From positions 13,454,565 to 13,488,621 of the forward strand of contig NC_057754.1 in the NCBI RefSeq assembly GCF_004010195.1: DNA of 34,057 bases. The letters run 5' to 3'. The DNA comes from Chiloscyllium plagiosum (taxonomy: Eukaryota). The notes below the pieces were generated by a model. It made no database searches. It worked only from the letters and a program-made list of their open reading frames with translations, and was not told the DNA's origin. Below are positions 23,477 through 34,057 of the stretch, one piece after another (the stretch's first letter is position 1; every line of letters begins with the position of its first letter). The translations under genes and the position numbers were made by a program.

Positions 23477-24618
23477 ATTCTGTCAATATTAGCATTTTAA
23501 TTAAAAAAAATGAAAAATAGATTTTTAATATTATAATAAACGAATAACAACACAACTCAAATAACTGAACAAAATTACATCCAATTGCATGCACATACAA
23601 AACAAGTTGAAACACTACACCGACAGAAGAAAAACAAAACTGAACAATAAATGATGAATAAATAATACAGCTCAGCATTACAAAACGATAGCTCTCGTTA
23701 ATCAAGAGCATTAACTGATACATATTTTTATGTTCATAGTTCTTCATCTCTGGATATTAGATTCAGTAGACAATATCGTCATGGCTATATAAAAGCCCTT
23801 CTTAGATTGGCAGATAAGCCTGTATCGCGGTAATCCAAAAAGGGCTGCCATGTTTTATATAAATCTCTCTTTTTTGGTGCACCATACTGGTGAAAAAGTC
23901 GAAAGCGCTATTCTCCATGAAGACATTACGACGTCCCAACAGACCCGGGAGTCTTTCAGACATCCAACCAAACAGAATATTTTTCCAAGCACAGAAAGTA
24001 AGTATATAATTTTTTTCCCATGTGCATCTCTGTGAAGTACCCTGGGCAGGCCCAGGAAAAGAGAAACCAGGTACATCTCCAATTCAGTCCCCAAGACCCA
24101 CTCTATCACAATTAACACAGTGCTCCAATATATATGAAGCCTCCAGCAGGACCACAAGCAGTGTAGTCATTCTGTATTTAGGACATACTGAAGATGATCC
24201 CACCTTGCATTTTGAGAGACAATCTGGGGTCAGATAGACCCTATGAAGAATTTTCAACTGCATGGAATGGGTCCTATTACAGATCAAAATCCTTCGAGCA
24301 TTTTCACAAATACCCTCCCATCTCTCTGAAGTGTTCTGAACCCCCAACACTCTCTCGCAGACATCACAAAGCTGCACATCTCGTCTGAGGGGACACTCTC
24401 CAACTAATGATAAAGGGTACTGACAGAGAGTGTATTCTAAGCAATACGCACCCTCTTCTCTCTATCGGATCTGTAAGAGTCTGCTAAAAGTGTTTTTTTT
24501 TATATATAAATCAAATATCTGATCTGGAAAAAACTACAGAAAAGTTCTCTACTAGTTAGTCCATAGGTACGAGTTCTTTGATCAAATGATATCATTGTTT
24601 CTCCATCAAATAACACTT

Positions 24619-24940
24619 GGTGGCTCAGTGGTGAGCATTGCTGCCTCACAGCACTAGGGTCCCGGCTTTGGTCCCAGCCTTGGGTGACTATCTGTGAGGA
24701 GTTAACATTCTTGCTATGTCTGTGTGGGTTTCCTCCCACAGTCCAAAGATGTGCAGGTTAGATGAAGCAGCCATTGATAAATCACCCATAGTGTTCAGGG
24801 ATGTGTAGGTTTGGGCATTAGTCAGGGTAAATATAGGATGGTAGGGGAATGGGTCTGGGTGGGCTACTCTTCAGAGGGTAGAAGTAGACTTGCTGGGCAC
24901 AAGGTCTTGTATCCACACTGTAGGGATTCTCCTAATTCTA
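24619..24940 (+). mobile_element. HE1-like SINE nested in L1 ORF2
   Basis: GGTGGCTCAGTGGTGAGC head and CCACACTGTAGGGATTCT tail. Confidence 0.85.
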
Positions 24941-26174
24941 AATCAGTCAAGCAAGGCACACCCCTAGCTGCCCACAGTTTAAACCTGGAATCCATTAACC
25001 CCGGTTGTCAACCCAGTTATACCTATTATAGGGGTAAGAAACATGGTTTTGGCTGTATTGCCCTCAATCTGATGCTGTGTCATTCATGCTTTAACAGTAT
25101 TGATAATTATCGGGTTGGGACAACACTCCATAAATTTTGTCATTTTGTCTAAGACCAACAGACTAAAAAGGGTTCACTTTGTCTGAGAGGGTTCAATATC
25201 TAACCCTATTGACGCCGAGTCCTCAGCGGCCCAGGCACTAATATAGGATAAAAACGAGCTGAAATCATAGCTTTTAATCTGGGAGATCTACTCTGCACAA
25301 TCTGTGGGGTAGTTGCAATTTGGTTAGCTTGATAAAGAGTTGCTTATGGTGACAAATAAAAGAGCAAAACCAGCCATAAAGTCTCCTAAATGTCTGTTTG
25401 GGAAACATCAAAGGAAGCATTCACACAGGGTACAGTAAATGAGGAAGGACATTCATTTTAATAACAGCTATCCGACCTAGCCAGGATATTGGAAGTGCCT
25501 CCGATTTTTGAAGGTTTTGTTTAATTTTGTCAAACAAATGAACATAGTCCATGTTAAATAAATTATCAAAGATGGATGTAATGAATATACTGAAATAGAG
25601 AAAGACCCTCCCCCCCCGCCTCCCCCACCACCGTGACCATTTAAAAGGAAACCAGAATTTTCCCTCAACATCAGGTATTTCCCCAAGGCCTCCCATAGGC
25701 ATGGCCTCAAACTTTGTAAAATTAATCTTAAAGCCCGAAAAGGCGACAAGCGAATTAATGCATTGCATCATGTGAGCTACCGAAATTGCGGGATTTGACA
25801 AAAATATATGACCTTCATCTGCATACAACATAATCGTATGTGATTTCTATCCCACTTCTGGGGCAGGTATGTTGGGGTAACATTCCCAATTGTGCAGGAT
25901 GCCCCCGAATCTAAGATTGTTGCAGGGATGGGGAAGAGATCAACCCTCGTGTGCCATTTCTGCGGGTTAAAGAAGAAAATAAAATCCCTACTTCTGAGGT
26001 AGATCTGCCTCCAGACATCCACCACCTCTAGTTCTGCACACTAATCCACTAATTACTTACATTAGAACGAGTGTATTGGGGGACCTTTGGACATTCTGTC
26101 CACCTTGGGGCCTAAAGACAGTTGAAATCTCCTTCTCCAATAATGTGCCAAGATGCAAGATACCTTAATTTGGG

Positions 26175-26295
26175 AAATCCAACAAAATTTCTTTAAGAGA
26201 GGAACATGATTATCTAAACATCCAGTTTACTATAAAATGTCCACAAACTTTTTCGCTTTCTCTGGAGAGTCAGACGAGTTCATTGATCCATTCAA
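26175..26295. repeat. 121-bp direct duplicate of 27022-27142
   Basis: 120/121 identical. Confidence 0.95.
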
Positions 26296-28586
26296 CCAGG
26301 ATTTTAAAAGGGTGTGCCGGGTGGCAATAAACATTCAAAATACTGCATTATTTCCCATTGTTCAAGGCTTTGAGGATTATGATCCTTCCGTGAATGTTTA
26401 ATACAATCTCGTAATTTAAATGGAAGATTCTTCCTGTCCAGTATGCCTTCTCCCCTATTCCGAGCATTAAAAGACGAGAAATAAACCCGATCAAACCCGA
26501 TTATCCATAATACACTGTAGCAACATTTGAACTCGAGAGTGTTTCACATCGAATTGCACATCACTGAGCATTAATGACAAAAGACTAATCGAGTCTAACA
26601 ACTTTACAAACTAAAACTACTACAACTAATAAGCTCTCAATACTTTCCAAAGCTAAACACATAAAAAAACAAAGAATGAAACAAAATCCAAAGTGCCAGT
26701 GACACTTTATAGGGGATTTACACCGTCCGCCCCCCAATCCCCCTTCCCCCACCACCCAATGGAGACGCTTACATATCCCAAAACTTTATCTTCTGTCCAC
26801 TACCAATATGAAATCAAGGGCAATTAATAACAAAAATAGAGCTTCCACTGCTGTTAGGTGGGCACTTAGTCATCACAACCACATTTGTAACTCCCTCCAG
26901 CTTGAGCCACACCCCAGACACAAGCAAAGAAAGAGAAAACGAGTAGTAATACTAATGAACAAGTTAAAAGTGTGTACTCTACCTATCCCCGACTATAATT
27001 TAACACTGGTTAATACCAGAAAAATCCAACAAAATTTCTTTCAGAGAGGAACATGATTATCTAAACATCCAGTTTACTATAAAATGTCCACAAACTTTTT
27101 CGCTTTCTCTGGAGAGTCAGACGAGTTCATTGATCCATTCAAAGCAATACAGAGCACCGCTGGGAACTGTAAGGAATACTGAATCCCCAGTTCCCTTACT
27201 GTTTTCTTGATATCATCAAAAGATTTTCTTTACTGAACCACCTCTGCTGAAAAGTCTTGAAATAACACAATCCTGGAACTCTCGTGATTTAAACCCACTG
27301 GAAATCAAACTGAGCTTCCATCAGTCTTTGTTTAAACCTATAACTATGTAACTGCACAAGGAAATGGCGAAGGCGTTGGTCTGAGTCTAACATCCGCGCC
27401 GTAACCCGATGAACTGTCTTAGTCTTCACCCGTCCCTCTTCAGTTTCGAAGTGAAGGAATCACAGCAGCCAGATCTCGAAAAAACTCACTGGCTGACCAC
27501 CTGCTGTCTGGTCCAGCAGACTGACGATGTGAACATTCTTCATCCTGTCCGTGTTCTCGAGGTGGTCATCTTGTTCAGCTAAGGTATGGACCTGTATTTT
27601 AAGGGCGAGGAGCCTCTCCCGAGAGGAATCGATCGCGATCTTTGTCAATGCAGTTCTGCACTTTGACATTGTCTGTTCTGTTTCCAAGGCTGTCAAGTTG
27701 CTGCTCATGTTTTTGGAGCACAGCTGAGAGCGCTCTAACCATAGCTGAACTTTTGCTCAATCATGCCTTCAATCATTTCACATAACTTGGTGAACTCAGT
27801 GACCAAGGCTGGTGAGTAACTGGGTCTATCGAACCAGCAGGGTGGGTTGCAGTGGCGGCATCGGCCATGCTCGATGCTTCTGACTGGTGCATCACGTGTT
27901 GGGACTTACTCGATCCTTTCCCATGTTTTGTCGTTTCCACTTGACAAAACGGGATTAGTAAAGATTCTATCGCTCTTTTTAGTGTTCAATTTTAAGTAAG
28001 TGGCTGGGATGGGGTGGGTTAGAGAACCACTTTGCCCGTGCTGTGGTGCAGAGCCCAAGAAAACAGATCTTCCTGATCGCTGACATCTTGGATTCCCCAT
28101 TAGCATTTTATCGATATTATTATTTTGTTTTGAATTATACTCCTGGATGTTCTCGACCGTGTCATTTGGTACCAATGTCTACATTTTCCCCCACACCGCA
28201 CATTCCTGCCAATCCCCGATAATCCTCGACTCTGTTGTTATTTATGAACCTTCTTTCTGTGCCTCAAAAATATTCAATATCTCTGCCTCCAATGCTCTGT
28301 GGGGAAGAGAGTTACAAAGGCCCACAACACTGAAAAAATAACACAAGCTCTAAGCGTGAGATTAATTTTTCTTTGTCTCCTTATCTGAGAAAGGACATAA
28401 TTACATTGGAAGCAGTTTGGAGATGTTTCACTTCACGTATTCAAGGAATGAGTACCTTATATAATGAAGGCTTTAACATGTCACTCTTGGAAAGAGAGGT
28501 GATCGTATTGAAACATGCGAGTCCTAGCCGTGAGTGGATCAGATAGATACCTACTGGGTATAGCCCAAATGTCCTGTCATTTTCAC

Positions 28587-28935
28587 AGAATCTCTACAGT
28601 GTGGAAGCATGATATTCCGTCCATCAAGTCCATACTGACCCTCCAAACAGCATTCCCCCCAGACCTGCCCCCTACTCTATCCATCGAACCCTGCATTTCC
28701 CATGACTAACCGACTTAACCTACACATCCCTGGGTACTATGGGAAATTTAGCATGGACAATCCACTCAAAGCTGCGTATCTTTGGACTGTGGGAGGAAAT
28801 TGTAGCATTTGTGAGGAAACCCACACTGATACCTGCATAGAGAATACTCAAACTCCACACAGAGCGTCGCCATTGGTATTGAAGCCAGCTCCTTGGGGAT
28901 GCGAGGTAGCAGTGCTAACCACAGATCCACCATGC
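28587..28935 (-). mobile_element. HE1-like SINE
   Basis: Reverse complement of HE1-type body and head (GCAGTGCTAACCAC). Confidence 0.8.
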
Positions 28936-29006
28936 ACATTCGTTAGTTCTAATAGTTACTTGTGGCTGACTAAAGAAATCTGCCTGACTTGTTCCTGTCA
29001 CTGAAC

Positions 29007-29086
29007 CCAGTCTGAGACTTTTATGATCGGCCATATCACCAACCTAGTTACTTTTACAAGTTGTTGTGAGCAGCGGAGGAGTGGGA
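29007..29086 (-). other. Candidate exon / conserved duplicated block, copy 2
   Basis: 70/80 identical to 3554-3633; minus-strand acceptor CTCTGTTTCATTTTCTAG; donor weak. Confidence 0.35.
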
Positions 29087-30479
29087 CTAGAAAATGAAAC
29101 AGAGACACCCTCCAACAGCAGTCAGAGCAGGAATTAGGAAAATTCACCAAATGGGTATATATTCCAGTGGGAATTCTCTTTCCCAGCAGTTTGGGAGGGC
29201 TGAGTCTTTATATTATATCGAGGCTGGCTTCATCTGATTTTCCAAAGACAGGTGAATCAGGGATAATGGTGCATGGAGATCAAAGTGCAGCTGGGAACAC
29301 AGTTAGATAAGCCATGACCTTATTTACTGGTGGAGTAGTGTCAAAGGATCGAATGGCCCACTCGTGCCCCTCAGCCCTGTGTTCTGATGTTCCATTCAGC
29401 CCTTCGGACCTGCTACACAGGGACAGATCGAGGCCACTCCGATGGTTCGGTGTAGTTTTGGAAATGTACTTGGAAAATCCAAGCTGGGTCAGGAACCGAC
29501 CGCCACCCCCAAGCTCTCCTTCCAGGTTTCCCCTATCTGTAACTTCTGCTCTAGATGTGGGTCATATTACAGAACTAGATACGCTGGGAATACAGCCCCC
29601 ATACCCCACCAATGATTAACCCAAACAAATCATCCGCTGTCCCTGATTGTGCAACACGACTTCCAGGAAAATAACCAGTTAATTTCCAAAAGCATAACAT
29701 GTGAAATTAATAAATAGGAACAGAAGTAGATCATTTGGTCACTCACGCTAGGCCTGTCATTTATTAAAAGCATGGCTGATCTACTCCAGGGCGCAACTCC
29801 ACTTTTTGCCGACTCCTGTATTCCTCCACATCTCTCTGGTCGAGGGAAGTCCAGATATTTATTACATTCTGAGAGAAGACATCACTTTTCATCTCAGATT
29901 GAAATCGATGTTCCTTATTCGGTATCTATATCCTCGAGTAGGACATTCTGCGCACGAATGGAAATAACTTCTCAACATCTACCTTCTCAAGCCCGCTCTA
30001 TGTCTTGTATGTTGCAGCAGTATAGCTCTTCATTCATTTAAACCCCAATGAATAATCACCTCACCGCTATAGAGATTCTGTATAACTCAACCCTTTCATC
30101 TCTGGAAGCCGGCTAATGAACCAATCCAGTTACTTGCTGCATCAGCATGCTGACTTTATGTTTCATACACAGGAAGACTCCAATCACTTTGTACTGTTCT
30201 TTTTCTTGAAGTCCCCTCCATTAACTAAAAGCCTGCCTTTTGGTTCTCAGGGTCATCCACAAAACCGGATGTATATTGCATTCAGCTCCCTCCTTTAGGT
30301 TGTCAGTATAGATTGTAAATAACTGATGCCATCGGACTGATATGTATATTACTCTAACAGATACACCTTTTTCATAAGGATCAGTTAATACTGACTCTCC
30401 GATTTCTTTGTGTTAACCAATCATCATCGTATGTTAATACATTATCCGTCATCCTACGAGCTTCTGGCTTGAGGAAGAC

Positions 30480-30896
30480 CTTTCATTTCGTAATACCCTG
30501 TAGAAAATCTCTGGAAAGCCTCTTGTCTACCAGATCCCCTTTATCAAGTCCCCTTGTTACATTCTCAGGCATCTCCAGAAAAACTTTGCATGATCTTACA
30601 GGGCAAAATATATTTTCCCTTTCACAAAACCCACACTGACTCTGCGTAAAGATTTCCTCAATGTCCATGCTGGCCAAGTTTTCCAAAGTAAACTAGCCCC
30701 ACCTGCTTTCATTTGGCCCATATTCCTCTAAATGTGTCCCATTCATATGTTTGTCGAAACGAGTTTTAAATGTTGCAGCTGTACATGGATCTACCACTCT
30801 TCCTCTGGCAGCTCATTCCATACCCAAACCACACTCTGTGTAAAAACGTTGCCCCTTCGTCCGTTTTAAATCTTCCTCCTTTCACCTTAAATCTAT
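30480..30896 (-). mobile_element. Old CR1 fragments (RT piece and 3' end); the 3'-end piece resumes at 32479-32596
   Basis: QSQCGF..ENVTRGLDKGDLVD; antisense FTQSVV.VW motif; interrupted by the young CR1. Confidence 0.7.
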
Positions 30897-30900
30897 TCGA

Positions 30901-32478
30901 AATATTGATTGAAAGCTCTTTAGATCAAATAGATTGGATGGGGCAGTGTTTGTGCAGTGTGTCCAGGAAGCTTTTCTAACTCAGCATGTAGATTGTCCGA
31001 CCAAAAAGGAGGCCATGTTGGATTTGGTACTTGGTAACGAACCGGGACAAGTGATGGGATTGTTAGTGGGTGAACATTTTGGTGATGGTGACCACAATTC
31101 TGTGACTTTCACCTTGGTTATGGAGAGAGATAGGTCCTGTCAGGCAGAAAAGAGGTGGTCGTGTGAGGGAACCTTGGTTGACGAGGGAGGTTGAATGTCT
31201 TGTAAAAAGGAAGAAGGAGGCTTACATAAGGTTGCGGAAACAAGGTTCAGACAGAGCACTGGAGGGATACGGGATAGCCAGAAGGGACCTGAAGAAAAGG
31301 ATTAGGAGACCGAAGAGAGGGCATGAAAAATCTTTGGCGGATAGGATCAAGGATAACCCCAAGGCATTTTATGCGTATGTGAGAAACATGCGAATGACGA
31401 AAACGAGGGTAGGTCCGATCAAGGACAGTAGTGGGAGACTGTGTATTGAGTCGGAAGAGATAGGAGAAGTCTTGAATGAGTACTTTTCTTCAGTACTTAC
31501 ACATGAGAGGGACCACATTGTTGAAGAGGAGAGTGTGAAACGGACTGGTAAGCTCGAAGAGATACTTGTTAGGAAGGAAGATGTGTTGGACATTTTGAAC
31601 AACTTGAGGATAGACAAGTACCCCGGGCCTGACGGGGTATATCCTAGGATTATGGGGGAAGCAAGAGAGGAAATTGCAGAACCGTTGACAATGATCTTTT
31701 CGTCTTCACTGTCAACGGGGGTGGTACTAAGGGACTGGAGAGTAGCGAATGTTGTGCCTCTTTTCAAAAAAGGGAATAGGGATAACCCCGGGAAATACAG
31801 GCCAGTTAGTCTTACATCGGTGGTAGGCAAAGTAATGGAAAGGGTACTGAGGGATAGGATTTATGAGTATCTGGAAAGACACTGCTTGATTAGGGAGAGC
31901 CAGCACGGATTTGTGAAGGGTAGGTCTTGCCTTACAAGTCTTATTGAATTCTTTGAGGACCTTGGTTAGGCCACATTTGGAGTACTATGTGCAGATCTGG
32001 TCGCCTCACTTTAGGAAAGATGTGGAAGCTTTGGAGAGTGTGCAGAGAAGATTTACCTGGAATGTTGCCTGGAATGGAGAATAGGTCGTACGAGGATAGG
32101 TTGAGAGTGCTAGGCCTTTTCTCATTGGAACCGCGAAGGATGAGGGGTGACTTGATAGATGTTTATAAGATGATCAGAGGAATAGATAGAGTAGATGGTC
32201 AGAAACTTTTTCCCCGGGTACAACAGAGTGTTACAAGGGGACATAAATTTAAGGTGAAGGGTGGAAGGTATAGGGGGATGTCAGGGGTAGGTTCTTTACC
32301 CAGAGAGTGGTGGGGGCATGGAATGCGCTGCCTGTGGGAGTGACAGAGTCAGAATCATAGGCGACCTTTAAGCGGCAATTGGATAAGTACATGGATGGGT
32401 GTTTAAGCTAGGACAAATGTTCGGCACAACATCGTGGGCCGAAGGGCCTGTTCTGTGCTGTATTGTTCTATGTTCTAT
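30901..32478 (+). mobile_element. Young CR1 LINE, same subfamily as 19155-21280, with two internal deletions
   Basis: High identity to 19155-21280; deletions at ~31134 and ~31959; (TATGTTC)n-type tail. Confidence 0.95.
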
Positions 32479-32819
32479 GCCTTTTATGGTTGAGCTCTCC
32501 CATGCTGTGGAAAAATCTTGGCTATAAACCCTATCCATACCTCTCATGATTTTATAAACTACTATAATGTCAGCCTGCAACCTCTTACACTCCATCTGGT
32601 ACTAATTTCAAGAACAAACATTTAAAGATAAGTACTGCAAATTTGAAACTATATTAAACGTGACAGTAAAACAATACTCAGCCCAAACTTGATATTATTA
32701 TTTGTTTTTCTCCTTATAACAATACTGAGGCAGCATGAAACGCTTACTTATTGCCAATAAAAAGTCAAGCACCTGAATTTCTTTGTCTAAAGGGGGTGAT
32801 AATCTCGACAATGAAAACT

Positions 32820-33332
32820 TATCTGTGGCCAGATCTATATAATACCATATAGTCAACATTCCCCCTCCTGGCCTCCCTATGAACTTGTGTGCTTGTGTCT
32901 TCCTTATCTTGTATTCAGTAGAGAGAACCCCTTTCCCCCAGTCACATCTTAATTGAAACCCGTTTTACATAATCTTCTTTTATCTTTTGCCACACCCTTT
33001 TTTCCCTGTCACCTATTCCCCATGTCTGGCAAGGGATTAAAAGACAATTTTCCAATCATTTTCAGTACTGAAGAAGTGTCACACTAGATTTGAAGCACTA
33101 ATTCTGTTTCTCTGTCTCTGCAGATGCTGGCAGAACTGCTGCGTTTCTCCAGAAATGAATAGGGGCACAGAACAAATTTTCAATTTAACAAATAACAGTC
33201 GATACTGGGAATAAAAATACCAAAAATTGCTGGAGAAAGTGCGAGCTTTGTAGAAGGTTCACTGGACCTTAACGTTTAACTCTGCATTCAGTCCAGAAAA
33301 TGCTGCAACATCTTCAGCAATTTCTGTTTTTG
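32820..33332 (+). mobile_element. Old PLE terminal-repeat remnants, including a short inverted pair
   Basis: CTGAAGAAG...CAGATGCTGGCAGAACTGCTG...TTTCTCCAG; AAATTGCTGGAGA / TCTTCAGCAATTT inverted ends at ~33222-33332. Confidence 0.55.
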
Positions 33333-34057
33333 AACCATTTCCAATGACGTATGTCAAAGATGCCCAAGCATCCTGTCCAACATGGAGCAACGTACACCGG
33401 AAACTGAACAGTAACAGATGGTGACAAGTTCCCTGACTCTGAAACTGCATAACGCTGGCGTCACTGACACTGCAGAGCTCTGAATCATGGTCAGGGAGAA
33501 AAACAGAGGGAAACACGTTCACTTCAAACACAGAAGATGGCATTACGGAAATGAAAAGATTCAGATTAGTACCTTAAATGGATTGAGTTAAAGTAACAAA
33601 TTGGAGGCTTGACACCAAGAAAAAAATTTCAGCAGAATGAGAATATGAAAATTGAACTGTTACCGCATCAGAAACGATAGTAGGTCACTGAATACAGGGC
33701 TGTTGGGTGAATGGGTCTCGGTGTGAACAGGGGTCAGTCAATGGAATTGAATTGTAGATATTGCAGCTTAAACTGTGTTATCATCTGATGCTTTAGATCA
33801 CAGCAGCAGCAGAACACAATTGTATTCAATGACAATCTGTAACCTTTCTCTCAGAATAATCCCTCAGTCCACCATTACCATCAAGCCGATCTATAGTTCA
33901 GTGACGAGTGTGGGTGAACATGCCAGGGTCAGTACCATGTGTATCTTTACCTGATAACAACTCATTAAAGCTACCGCTACATTTGAAACAGCAGAACTAA
34001 CATTTGGTACAGAGGTGGAAATGATCCCACGACTAACAAATCAGATCTAAGCTCCGT

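Larger units (their letters stand above)
23499..28098 (-). mobile_element. Full-length, decayed L1-clade LINE with target-site duplication
   Basis: 5' end GGGGAATCCAAGATG; ORF1 remnant ~27077-27935; endonuclease IIGEGDFNC and DVWR..HTRVDLF; RT LYADE; C-terminal HRVYLTP..CPK; TSD ATTAGCATTTT at 23488 and 28099. Confidence 0.9.

Noticed and set aside
33330..33479. Immunoglobulin/TCR V-like echoes (DASVMQ..., VTICYCSVSG, SLTLKLHNAGVTDTAE)
   Set aside because: Motifs fall in different frames and strands; no complete C-W-C pattern or recombination signal sequence was found

Overview
This is a eukaryotic, repeat-saturated scaffold window with two N-gaps. It is almost certainly from a shark or ray, judging by the HE1-type tRNA SINEs that share their 3' tail with CR1/HER1-type LINEs. 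No intact host gene can be demonstrated. Most of the sequence is nested retroelements: many CR1 LINE fragments (two young, near-intact ORF2 copies), five HE1-like SINEs, one other tRNA SINE, a decayed Gmr1-type Gypsy element (SCAN-like gag, integrase before RT), a solo LTR splitting a 42-bp minisatellite, a TSD-flanked full-length L1, and several Penelope-like element (PLE) remnants. The most interesting signals are four. (1) Minimal type-I hammerhead ribozyme motifs lie in the PLE terminal repeats, some intact, some decayed, including an outward-facing inverted pair. (2) An 80-nt block with a minus-strand splice acceptor is duplicated 25.5 kb apart and is better conserved than its flanks, suggesting a hidden duplicated exon. 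(3) A near-perfect 121-bp templated insertion sits inside the old L1. (4) Two separate CR1 insertions share the same 5' truncation point.
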